From: Octopus sinensis
Taxonomy: Eukaryota
DNA: 64,000 nucleotides
Direction: 5' to 3'
Assembly: GCF_006345805.1 (NCBI RefSeq)
Contig: NC_042997.1
Coordinates: forward strand, 195,300,001-195,364,000
Below the pieces are notes generated by a model that saw only the letters and a list, made by a program, of their open reading frames with translations, was not told the DNA's origin and searched no databases. How positions within the stretch are numbered: position 1 is the first letter of the stretch; every line of letters begins with the position of its first letter. Both the position numbers and the translations under genes were made by a program. Positions 53,243 to 64,000 of this stretch are shown here, piece after piece.

Positions 53243-54213
53243 TGTTATATTTCAGGATGGTAATTTTTTTTTGGCCAAATACACACACTATATATTCATT
53301 CTTTACTCGTTCTTATTTTACGGTTTATTTTAACTGATGTCCGTTGTCCCGAAATCTTTTGTCCCACATCTTTTACTTTATCTTTTACTTGTTTCAGTCA
53401 TTAGATTGCGGCAATGCTGGAGTACCGCACTGAACAATTTTTAATCGAATGAACTAATCCCAGAACTTATTATTTTTTTTTTAAAGACTACTGCTAATTC
53501 TATCGGTGTCTTTGGCTGAACTGCTAAGTTACAGGAACGTGAAACCCACCAACACCGGTTGTCAAGCGGTGGCGGGGGACAAACACAGATACGAAGACAC
53601 ACACACACACTGAGCTATACATGTATATACGACAGGCTTCTTTCAGTTTCCGTCTCGCAAATCCGCTCCGAGGCTACAGTAGAAGACACTTGCCCAAGGT
53701 GCTACGTGTTAGGAATTGAACTCAGAACTATGTGGTTGGTAGCAAGCTTCTTACCATAGTGCTACGCTACGCCTACGTCTATGATAGTTTTTCTTAGCAA
53801 TATTAACAAGGTAGAATCGTTAGCAACGCCAAGCAAAATGCTTAGCGGCATTCCGTCCGTCCTTACGTTCTGACTTCAAATTCCGCTGCGGTCGACTTTG
53901 CTTTCATCCTTTCAGAGTCGATAAAATAAGTACGAGTTGAACACTAGAGTCGATGTAATCGACTTAGCCCCTTACTGGCTAAGTTTGAAATCAGTCTTAA
54001 CAATGAATCTGCTCTTATCCCCCCGACTAAGAATTAAAGCAACACAAAGGTGCAGGAGTGACTGTGTGGTAAGTAGCTTGCTTACCAACAACATGGTTCC
54101 GGGTTCATTCCCATTGCGTGGTACTTTGGGTAAGTGTCTTCTACTATAGCCTCGGGACGACCAAAGCCTTGTGAGTGGATTTGGTAGACGGAAACTGAAA
54201 GAAGCCCGTCGAA

Positions 54214-54265
<52 letters not shown>

Positions 54266-54989
54266 ATCTATATATATATGTTGTATATGTATGTATGTAT
54301 GTGTGTGTATATGTTTGTGTGTCTGTGTTTGTCCCCCACCCCCAACATCGCTTGACAACCGATGGTGTTGTGTTTGCGTATTCGTAACTTCGTGGTTCGG
54401 GAAAAGAGACCGTATTTCTTTTGCCGTTACGTTCTGAGTTCAAATTCCACTGAGGTTGACTTTACCTTTCATCCTTTCGGGGTCGATAAATTATTAAGTA
54501 CCAGTTACGCACTGGGGTCGATGTAATCGACTTAATCCGTATGTCTGTCCTTGTTTGTCCCCTCTATGTTTAGCCCCTTGTGGGTAGTAAAGAAATAGAA
54601 TAAGTCCTGGGGTCGATTTGCTCGACTAAAGGTGGTGCTCCAGCATGGCCACTGTCAAATGACTGAAACATGTAAAAGAGTAAATTTTGGGTAAAATGAC
54701 CACATATACCACCAGCCATCTTACTGTCTGTCACATGTCAAAACTTGTCATTGCCTTTCGATCAGAAATAATTCTTTAGTCCTCCACTTCATCCCATCTT
54801 TGACAATACAGTAGATAGGTAGCTGTGGATGACTTTTTTTTTTTTTTGCTTTCTTCTTAGTCATGGCTGTGCACATAGCGAAGAATTTCTTCCCTGTTTG
54901 CAAAGATGTGTCACACTGACAACTTCTTTTATAAAGAAGGAAAAGAAAGAGAAAATGGAACGTGTCAATACTTTTGAAATTTTAAACCT

Positions 54990-55370
54990 ACAAGAGAAAA
55001 GATGTCACGCGAATGGTGCGTCTCGGTCTGTCTGTCCGCCTTTCTCTCTTTCTCTCTTTCTCTTTCTCTTTCACTCTACTTTCCCTCTCTATCTTTCTCT
55101 TTCTCTCTTTCTTTCTCTCTCTCTTTCTTTCTCTCTTTCTTTCTTTCTCTCTCTTTCTTTCTCTCTCTCTTTCTCTCCCTCTCTCTTTCTTTCTCTCTCC
55201 ATCCCTCTCTCTTTCTATCTTTCTTTCTTTCTCCCTCCCTCTCTCTTTCTCTCTTTCTTTCTTTCTTTCTTTCTTTCTTTTATGTATGTATGTATGTATG
55301 TATGTATGTATGTCTGTATGTATGTATGTATGTATGTATGTATGTATGTATGTATGCATGTATTTATGTA
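54990..55370. repeat. (CT)n/(CTTT)n then (ATGT)n microsatellite
   Basis: Direct reading. Confidence 0.95.
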
Positions 55371-55386
55371 TAATATAGATGTACAT

Positions 55387-55617
55387 GGCGGCGATCTGAC
55401 AGAAACGTTAGCACGCCGGGCGAAATGCGTACCCGTATTTCGTCTGCCGTTACGTTCTGAGTTCAAATTCCGCCGAGGTCAACTTTGCCTTTCATCCTTT
55501 CGGCGTCGATAAATTAAGTACCAGTTACGCATTGGGGTCGATATAATCGTCTTAATCCGTTTGTCTGTCCTTGTTTGTCCCCTCTGTGTTTAGCCCCTTG
55601 TGGGTAGTAAAGAAATA
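55387..55617 (+). mobile_element. Meta-domain SINE with 15-bp TSD
   Basis: aatatagatgtacat at 55372 and 55618. Confidence 0.92.
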
Positions 55618-56070
55618 AATATAGATGTACATACACACATATATGGGCGTATGCGTGGTTTCCCAACCACTTGGTTCCTGGTTTAGCCCCACAGCGTGAC
55701 ACCTTGGGCAAGTGTCTTCTACTATAGCTTCGGATATATGTATGTGTTTGTATGCGTGATTGTGTGTGTGTGTGAGCGTGTGTTCGAGGGTGTCTTTGTC
55801 TTTGTTCATCTCTGACCACCGCTTGACAACTGGTATTGGCGAATTTACGGTAAAAAAAAAAACCCCAAAAAATAAAAGACCTATAAAATAAGTATCAACT
55901 TAAAAATAATAACCAGTGTCGATTCATTTAACTAAAAATTCTTCAAGGCGGTGCTCCAGCATGGCCGCAGTCTAATGACTGAATCAAGTAAAAGATAAAA
56001 GATATATATTACGTCTGTTTATCTATCTATCTATCTATCTCTATCTATCTATCTATCTATCTGTATATGT

Positions 56071-56154
56071 AAATATTTTATAATTATAAACATAATTATA
56101 ATTAGGGTTCACCTAAACCCTTATTATAATTATGTTTATAATTATAAAATATTT
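56071..56154. repeat. AT-rich palindrome with 39-bp arms
   Basis: aaatattttataattataaacataattataattagggtt versus its reverse complement, one mismatch. Confidence 0.9.
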
Positions 56155-56906
56155 GTATCATTTTACATATGAAGGTTATTTTAACACACCGATCTACTTG
56201 GTGAAATCATTAATTAATTGATTGATTAATTAATTTAACTAATTAATAAATTTTACCCTTTTATTATTAATTTAAAATTATATGTATATGTGTATATATG
56301 TATACATGTATGTATATATGTATATACTTATTAGTGTATATGTATATATTCCTGTATTGTGTATGTCTGTGTGTGCGTGAGTGTGTGTTAAAGTTTAAGA
56401 GTATATATTTCTTTATTGCCCACAAGGGGCTAAACATAGAGGGGACAAGCAAGGACAGGCAAAGAGATTAAGTCAATTACATCGACCCCAGTGCGAAACT
56501 GGTACTTAATTTATCGACCCCGAAAGGATGAAAGGCAAAGTCGACCTCGGCGGAATTTGAACTCAGAACGTAACGACAGACGAAATACCGCTAAACATTT
56601 CGCCCGGCGCGCTAAGGTTTCTGCCAGCTCGTCGCCTTAAAGTGTAAGAGTATATGTCAAGCGGAATGAAGTAAGACAAACCAGTGACAGACAGACTGAC
56701 TTACAGGTAACTCGTACCTGTCTATATATATCGGTGTCAAACGAAGAAGATGCGATTTCAAGGAGTGGCGCACTATTGTCCTTAATCTCTCGCCTTCCTC
56801 TCCCTCTCACACACACATTCTCCCTGCCTCTCTCCTCCCCCCACTCTCCACTTTTTTTTTTACACCGACGTGTCAAATAGTGAAATATTGAAACTTCGAT
56901 TTATCT

Positions 56907-57311
56907 TATTTCTTTATTGCCCACAAGGGGCTGAACACAGAGGGGACAAACAAGGTCAGACAAACGGATTAAGTAGATTACATAGACCCAGTCCGTAACT
57001 GGTACTTAATTTATCGACCCCGAAATGATGAAAGGCAAAGTCGACCTCGGCGGAATTTGAACTCAGAACGTAAAGACAGACGAAATACGCATTTCTTTAC
57101 TACCCACAAGGGGCTAAACACAGAAGAGACAAACAAGGACAGACAAACAGATTATATCGATCCCAGTGCGTAACTGGTACTTATTTAATCGACCCTGAAA
57201 GGATGAAAGGCAAAGTCGACCTCGGTGGAATTTGAACTCAGAATGTAACGGCAGACGAAATACGACCAGGCATTTCGTCCGGCGTGCTAACGTTTCTGCC
57301 AGCTCGCCGCC
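56907..57311 (-). mobile_element. Meta-SINE dimer (full plus 5'-truncated) inside one 12-bp TSD
   Basis: ttcgatttatct at 56895 and 57312. Confidence 0.9.
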
Positions 57312-57344
57312 TTCGATTTATCTGTCACCAGTATCAATAGCCAC

Positions 57345-58094
57345 AGCCGGGCCGCGAAATTTATTTTCCCACGAGAGTTCCTGACCCCAGTAATGAACTC
57401 ATTTGCATACAGCCAATCAGAGCTCACCTTGACCTCGTTATCAAGTTAACAGAGGCTGGCATTCAAAATGGCGACCTCCCATTGCCAAGCGAATCTTGTA
57501 TTGTACTCTCATTCAGATGCCAATGTCATTGATACTGAACACATACGCTTGTTAGCGATAAGTTTGAATTACTATAGCAATAAATGATAATGACTTTGAC
57601 GAATGTGAATGTACGGAAACTGCTTGTAGGTTTTATAAATGCACATCGATTCATTGATACGAATTATGGACGTGTGTGTATTGTTAATGTATCTTTGGTT
57701 ATTCGAGTGCCACATGTGCATTTCATGTGATCTTCAGCGAAAAACGAGTTTTATTCATTTTATGAGATTTTCTCAATACTATTTCAATTTTTTTTTCACC
57801 ACACCACACCGGATGTTACCTTCGTCTGTGGACACTGCTCACGGACCTACCTTTCCCATATCGGACTTGTCAGTCATGAGCGTGCATGCACGCGACGTGG
57901 ACAGCCTTCTTGATCTTCGTTCGCGAAGCCGAGCCATGAAAAATTATACTATTAGTATTAATTATAGATCTATTTATTATAATTACTGTATTTAATTCTA
58001 TGACACTAGTCTATAGAGCTCTGATTGGTTGCATTGAAATAAGTTCATAACTGGGATCCGGAACTCTCGTGGGAAAAAAAATCGCAGCCAGGCC
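57345..58094. mobile_element. ~750-bp non-autonomous DNA transposon with ~80-bp TIRs
   Basis: ttttcccacgagagttcc..ccaatcagagctc mirrored at 58016-58094; no TSD resolved. Confidence 0.8.
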
Positions 58095-58738
58095 CTCATG
58101 ACGTTGTTGACCAATATGAAAGGAAACATATCGAACATGAATTAACATGGGAGAAAGCTTTATGTGATCGATCGACATGTTAGAAACAGCAGTTAAATTT
58201 TAGTGGCGCACCTAGAATGTGTGCAATTCGGGTACTTCTTAAGTTCGCCACACCGTCTGATCCCCAAATTTATATTGCCTCATACAGCTGACCTAAATGT
58301 GCTGCCCCTATAAAAGTGTCGCAGCGAACTGGCCCCTTGTACCTTGCTACGCTCCTGGTTAAAACTTCGCTCGAAACACGTAATGTAATCTTAAATAGGA
58401 AGAAAACTTTTTAAAAATGTAACGCTACATATGGCTCGTAAATGTCGTGATAGTCATGGCTGGAATGCCTCTGGTTATAGGTTTTACTTGTTTCAGTCAT
58501 TAGATTGCGGCCATGCTAGGGTACAGCTTTGAAAATTTTTTTAATCGAATGAATTAATCCCAGCGCTTTAAAGCCTGGTACTAATTCTGTTAGTGTCTTT
58601 TGCTAAACCGTTAAGTTACGGGGACGTAAACACACCAACATTGATTGACAAGCGGTGGTGGGAGACAAACACAGATACAAAGACACACACACACACACCT
58701 CGGCAAGATTTTAACTATAAAGAACTGGAAGAAATACC

Positions 58739-59295
58739 TATTTCTTTACTACCCACAAGGGCTAAACACAGAGGGGACAAACAAGGACAGACAAAGGGAT
58801 TAAGTCGATTATATCGACCCCAGTGCGTAACTGGTACTTATTTAATCGACCCCAAAAGAATGAAAGGCAAAGTCGACCTCAGCAGAATTTGAACTCAGAA
58901 CGTAGCAGCAGACGAAATACCGCTAAGCATTTCGCCCGGCGTGCTAACGTTTCTGCCAGCTCGCCGCCTTCGGCAGACGAAATACCGCTAAGCATTTCGC
59001 CCGGCGTGCTAACGTTTCTGCCAGCTCGCCGCCTTCGGCAGACGAAATACCGCTAAGCATTTCGCCCGGCGTGCTAACGTTTCTGCCAGCTCGCCGCCTT
59101 CGGCAGACGAAATACCGCTAAGCATTTCGCCCGGCGTGCTAACGTTTCTGCCAGCTCGCCGCCTTCGGCAGACGAAATACCGCTAAGCATTTCGCCCGGC
59201 GTGCTAACGTTTCTGCCAGCTCGCCGCCTTCGGCAGACGAAATACCGCTAAGCATTTCGCCCGGCGTGCTAACGTTTCTGCCAGCTCGCCGCCTT
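58739..59295 (-). mobile_element. Meta-SINE with six tandem copies of the 65-bp head, 19-bp TSD
   Basis: gcagacgaaataccgctaag at 58908, 58973, 59038, 59103, 59168 and 59233; TSD aagaactggaagaaatacc at 58720 and 59296. Confidence 0.95.
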
Positions 59296-59479
59296 AAGAA
59301 CTGGAAGAAATACCACAAAGCAATTTTCCATATACACACATGACGAGCTTCTTTCAGTTTCCGTATGCCGAATCCACCCACAAGGCTTTGGTCACCCCGT
59401 GGCAATAGTAGAAGGCACTTGTCCAAGGTGCCATGCGGTGGAACTGGACCTGAGACCATGTGGAGTGTGTAGAAAACAA

Positions 59480-60320
59480 ATCCCGATTTCCTGGTTTCCA
59501 CATCACCGTAGGGTTTGACAACAAGACTTCCAAGTTATTTGAAATTTTCGACTTCCTTGATTTTTCTTCAATGAGAGAGCGCAAGCTTTCAGTTCTCTCT
59601 TGGTTGTAAGACGCATATTATGTTTTAGCAGAGTCAATATACAGTGAGGATTAATAAGGCGGCGAGCTGGCAGAAACGTTAGCACGCCGGGCGAAATGCG
59701 TGGCCGTATTTCGTTTGCCGTTACGTTCTGAGTTCAAATTTCGCCGAGGTCGACTTTGCCTTTCATCCTTTCGGGGTCGATAAATTAAGTAGCAGTTACG
59801 CACTGGGGTCGATATAATCGACTTAATCCGTTTGTCTGTCCTTGTTTGTCCGCTCTGTGTTTAGCTCCTTGTGGGTAGTAAAGAAATAGAAATAGGTATT
59901 TAGTCTGTCTTTACGTTCTGAGTTCAAATTCCGCCGAGGTCGACTTTGCCTTTCATCCCTTTCGGGGTCGATAAATTCAGTAGCAGTTACGCACTGGGGT
60001 CGATATAATCGACTTAATCCGTTTGTCTGTCCTTGTTTGTCCTCTCTGTGTTTAGCCCCTTGTGGGCAGTAAAGAAATATATACAGTGAGGATTAATAAA
60101 GCATGGGGAACACTTAACTATGGAGAAGATACAGAGTCTAATCTTTCGCAAAATACTAAAATAGACTTCTTCATAGCCGCAGTTGAACCATTGTTAGTGT
60201 ATAGTTCGATAACATAGAAGTTTACAACTCTCATGAAGTTTACAACTCTAAATGGCACAAATGCTCCGTGCTGTTCTAAACATTTTATGGCATCAACACA
60301 TGACTAACAAAGGGCTGTAC
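59480..60320 (+). mobile_element. RTE LINE fragment interrupted by a Meta-SINE dimer (59658-60078, 21-bp TSD)
   Basis: RINKAWG..SNLSQNTKIDFF.AAVEPLLVY..QMLRAVLNILW..TNK; TSD atatacagtgaggattaataa at 59637 and 60079. Confidence 0.82.
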
Positions 60321-60733
60321 TGAAACATGAATTAATTTAAAGACGATGATTAAAATAAGTCTGTGTACATTAATATCCAACACGTTCGTGTACACAAACG
60401 TGGAAAACCCTCCTTACTTTATTTTATCGACGTCGGAAGGACGAAAGACAAAGCTGACTTCAAAGGGATTTCAACTCAGAATTTGTAGAGCCGGGCAAAT
60501 GCTGTAAGGCCCTGACGATGTTGCCAATCAGAAGCCCTTTATGATTGCTTTAAAATCGACGCACGGGTTGAAATATGGTGGAGAAGATTAGTAAATTTTA
60601 TGGACTCTAGTTAGGGTTAGGGATAGGGTACTTGACTGGTACTTTATTTTATTGACCTTGGAGGGAAGGAAGGCAAAGGGGAATTCAAACTCGGAACGTA
60701 AAGAGCCGGAAGAAATGCCACAAAACATTTTGT

Positions 60734-60987
60734 CCGTTTCGCTAATGAGTTTGCTAATCTAACACCTTCAAAAGTAAGTGTTTTTAATTTAGATAGAATA
60801 CCTGGAATTTGGGGTGAATGAAGGTCAGTCGAATATATCGACCCCAGTACTTCATTTTATCCGTTTTGTTAATGAGTTTGCTAATCTAACACCTTTAAAA
60901 GTAAGTGTTTTTAATTTAGATAGAATCCCTGAAATTTGGGGTGAATGAAGGTCAGTCGAATATATCGACCCCAGTACTTCATTTTAT
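60734..60987. repeat. 127-bp tandem duplication
   Basis: ccgtttcgctaatgag...cattttat repeated at 60734 and 60861. Confidence 0.92.
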
Positions 60988-61754
60988 CGACTCTGGAGGG
61001 ATGAAAGGCAAAGTTGACCCTGGTGTGATTTGAACTCAGAACGTGAAGAATCAGAAGAAAATATCGACGCTCCGGTGTCTACCAATCAACCACCCTTGAA
61101 TAATGTTTGTAAATCTATACACGAGATCTATTTCTTTTTGAAATATCGAGTAGGTAGAGATAACTTTCGATGTTATATGAGATAAACGTCATGTCTTATA
61201 AACACCCATTCTCCTTTGGCTAGAATATCACCGTGCATTCATCTCTTTTTACGTGTTGCCGTGTATATATAGACACGTTATGCACTCACTGAATACCTCA
61301 GCCGTTGCTCCATAGCCTTGCGTTCATCTCTTTTTACTCGTTGCCGTGTACATAGACACGTTATGCACTTGCTGAATACCTAAGCTACTGTTCTATAACC
61401 AACAAGTGCATTTGCTAATGATATGAATGGTGAAAGGAGACGTGAAAATGATAGCAGTGCGCGTGTGCGTGGTTGTGTGTGTGTGTGTGGATTAATGAGT
61501 ATTGTCTAGAGTTGCTGTCTTTGTTGATATTGTTGCTGTAGGCTCGGGACAATCCTGACAGCTTCCGGCAGATTGAATTTCCTGAAGCTGTCGCCGAGTA
61601 CAGAACGTGGAGTGATACAATTGTTTACTGCATTTACTGACTTATTTTGTATCAATTTTAGAAGGAACAGGCCCACGGCTGTCAGTAAAACGTTAATTGA
61701 GAAATCATTTGACCCCGGGTTCGATTCCAATTTTCGGTAACTTAGATAAGTGTA

Positions 61755-62012
61755 CATTATTTACATTCGACGGATATTTGTCCTCATCTTGTTTGTTGTT
61801 AATACAATGTTTCGGCTGATATACCCTCCAGCCTTCTTCAGGTGTTTTGGGGAAATTTCGAACCTGGGTTCTCATTCCTAAGGTATTTTTCGATGTTATT
61901 ATTATTATTATTTTTAGTGTTCAGGTCACTGCTTGGAATCGAACTCGGAATCTTGGGGTTAGTAGCTTGCGCTTTTAACCACTATGCCATATACGTAGTG
62001 GTTAAGAGCGCG
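61755..62012 (-). mobile_element. tRNA-headed element carrying a minimal hammerhead
   Basis: Minus strand A box TGGCATAGTGG (61979-61989), B box GAGTTCGATTCC (61935-61946), (TAA)n spacer, then CUGAAGA-A-GGCUG..CAGCC-GAAAC (61801-61846). Confidence 0.75.
61801..61846 (-). ncRNA. Minimal type I hammerhead, this copy probably inactive
   Basis: Stem I AACAC/GUAUU, 5-bp stem II, stem III ACAU instead of palindromic ACGU. Confidence 0.6.
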
Positions 62013-62020
62013 TAATAATA

Positions 62021-62200
62021 GATACCCTACAATCTAGATGTATTGCAAATGTCGGCATTACTTGGAACTGTACGCATATTGCTTAAAGTACTGTCTGTCT
62101 GAGGTCCTTTGTGTGACTTGACAAACAGTACAAGCCCCCGGTAGACACAATATTTTCAATCAACAACCTCGCGATATTGTATACTGCGCGACGTCTATAT
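62021..62200 (+). mobile_element. R4/Dong-type LINE extreme 3' end, copy 1, followed by (TAA)n
   Basis: IPYNLDVLQMSALLGTVRILLKVLSV* then 3' UTR. Confidence 0.75.
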
Positions 62201-62223
62201 TAATAATAATAATAATAATAATG

Positions 62224-62271
<48 letters not shown>

Positions 62272-62276
62272 TTAAA

Positions 62277-62748
62277 CAGATCAGGTGCTAGAGTAAAACA
62301 GACAGGACCTAGTGGTGGTGGGCAAAGTGACCACATATGCTATATAGTTGATGTTGCATGCCCCTTTGAAGAAAGGCGAAAACATAGATAGATACAACCT
62401 TCTTAAGTACGAAATAGCCCGGCTATGGAAAATGAAGGTGAAGGTAGTGACAATTATTGTTGGTTCCTTGGGGACAGTATCAGAAGGCATCAAGGGAAAT
62501 ATAAAGGAAATTGGAATAGAGTGCCCAGTAGAACTGTTACAAAAGGTTTGCCTCTTTGGCACGGTCAGAATAAACAGGAAAGAATTGGATAGCTGAAAAG
62601 AACGGATAGCATGGCACCGTAGGCTGCAGGTAGTAAGCCCGCTACACATGCAAATTTCCAGGAGCTCCAACAAAACCTGTGATAAATAGTAAATAATAAT
62701 AATAATAATATAATAATAATAATAATAATATAATAATAATAATAATGA
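62277..62748 (+). mobile_element. R4/Dong-type LINE 3' end, copy 2 (restriction-like endonuclease), flanked by (TAA)n
   Basis: DLVVV..CYIVDVACPF..KYEIARLWKMK.KVVTIIVGSLGTV..LLQKVCLFGTVRI. Confidence 0.88.
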
Positions 62749-62887
62749 TATATCAATATATATACATACACACATAATACATCCATCCATCCATCCATAC
62801 ATACATACATACATACATACATACATACATGCATACATACATATACACAGTTGTAAATTGTAAAACTTAACTGTCACCACTACTACA

Positions 62888-62932
62888 TGAACCTGAAGAT
62901 TGCATAGTTTAATGCATGAAAGTACTAGTTCA
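62888..62932 (+). ncRNA. Minimal type I hammerhead ribozyme
   Basis: Stem I UGAAC/GUUCA, CUGAAGA, stem II UGCAU/AUGCA closed by U-U, GAA, palindromic stem III AGUACU, CUA cleavage triplet. Confidence 0.7.
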
Positions 62933-63148
62933 ATCAAAATGGACATTTGATATTCTATCATTTCATTATATTATATTATCTTATATTATTATAAGATTGT
63001 AAATAAAATATGAAAATCAAAGTTGGAATTTCTTTGAGTAATATATTCTTCTATACACAACCATACACACCTGTGTGTGTGTGTATGTATGTATGTATGT
63101 ATGTATGTATGTATGTATGTATGTATGTATGTATGTATATATAATCTA

Positions 63149-63450
63149 TAAATGTAATATGTGACAATTATTCGGTAGCCATGATAAAACTCCGAGTTTC
63201 GGATGCCGAGGTGGAAATCCACGCCGCTATCGCTGATCATCGGAAAAATGGTATGAAAAATGACCCCATTTTTCATAGCATTTTTTTCCGATGGCCGGAT
63301 AACAGAAGCGATGGCGGCGTGGATTTCCACCTCGGCATCCGAAACTCGGAGTTTTATCATGGCTACCGAATAATTGTCACATATTACATTTACAGATAAA
63401 TTCCTCTATTTCCATAATATCGAGGTCTCTTTCATTCTTTTGTTGTCTTA
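63149..63450. mobile_element. Second fold-back copy of the 48.7-kb family, hammerhead cores disabled
   Basis: 86-bp arms 63149-63234 and 63307-63392; core reads CAGAAGC (63303-63309) on + and is deleted on -. Confidence 0.85.
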
Positions 63451-63488
63451 ACATTTTATCAATATATATATATATATATAATATATAT

Positions 63489-63551
<63 letters not shown>

Positions 63552-63841
63552 ATGTATGTATACATACATGCTTACATATATACATACATGCGTGTGTGTG
63601 TAATCCATGTCTTTGGTTGCAAGATAACTGCACATGTTTGGCTCATGATCATGACACTAACCACTTTCGAAGATTAAGCCGGATTTTCTGCTTAACCAAG
63701 AGTGCCACTTGATCGAAATCTGGATAAAGCAGATTAGGAATAATCACGAAACGTTCTATTGACCAGGTTTCTTGTTGTTTTTGTTGTTTTCATTGACCTG
63801 CAGAGAGAACTTGAATGAAACCATTGGCAGAATATTGGTGA

Positions 63842-64000
63842 AGGCGTAGGAGTGGCTGTGTGGTAAGTAGCTTGCTTACGAACCACATAGATCCGGGTTC
63901 AGTCCCACTGTATGACACCTTGGGCAAGTGTCCTCTACTATAACCTCGGGCCGACCAAAGCCTTGTGAGTGGATTTGGTAGACGGAAACTGAAAGAAGCC
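63842..64000 (+). mobile_element. CORE-type SINE 5' half, cut by the window end
   Basis: ggcgtaggagtggctgtgtggtaagtagc head. Confidence 0.9.

Noticed and set aside
58906-59295. 65-bp array as a CRISPR locus
   Set aside because: Units are contiguous SINE heads with no unique spacers; eukaryotic context and no cas genes.

Overview
AT-rich, repeat-saturated eukaryotic DNA, most likely from an octopus. This assignment is an inference from the recognisable tRNA-derived CORE-type and Meta-domain SINE families and the dense (TA)n/(CA)n/(TAA)n microsatellites. I found no intact host protein-coding exon and no tRNA or rRNA gene; the long ORFs in the track are microsatellite artefacts or transposon remnants. 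The window holds dozens of SINEs from about four families, decayed LINEs (RTE/BovB-like, CR1/L2-like, Tx1/L1-like, two R4/Dong-type 3' ends inside TAA tracts), a Penelope-like GIY-YIG remnant, several Tc1/mariner, pogo and hAT remnants, MITEs, a non-autonomous Helitron pair and several minisatellites. The most interesting signal is a set of at least three unrelated short non-coding elements (a fourth is tentative) carrying type I hammerhead ribozyme cores. Examples are a fold-back pair at 48.7-48.9 kb, a minimal hammerhead at 62888-62932 and a tRNA-headed element with a hammerhead at 61.8-62.0 kb. Most show inverted duplications and sit beside TA/TAA microsatellites, which suggests Penelope-dependent retrozyme-like parasites. 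Also notable: a SINE whose 65-bp head is present six times inside a single 19-bp TSD, recurrent SINE dimers with a shared breakpoint, a CpG-decayed block at about 12.4-31.3 kb, and a possible divergent promoter around a 62-bp minisatellite at 8.1-9.9 kb.
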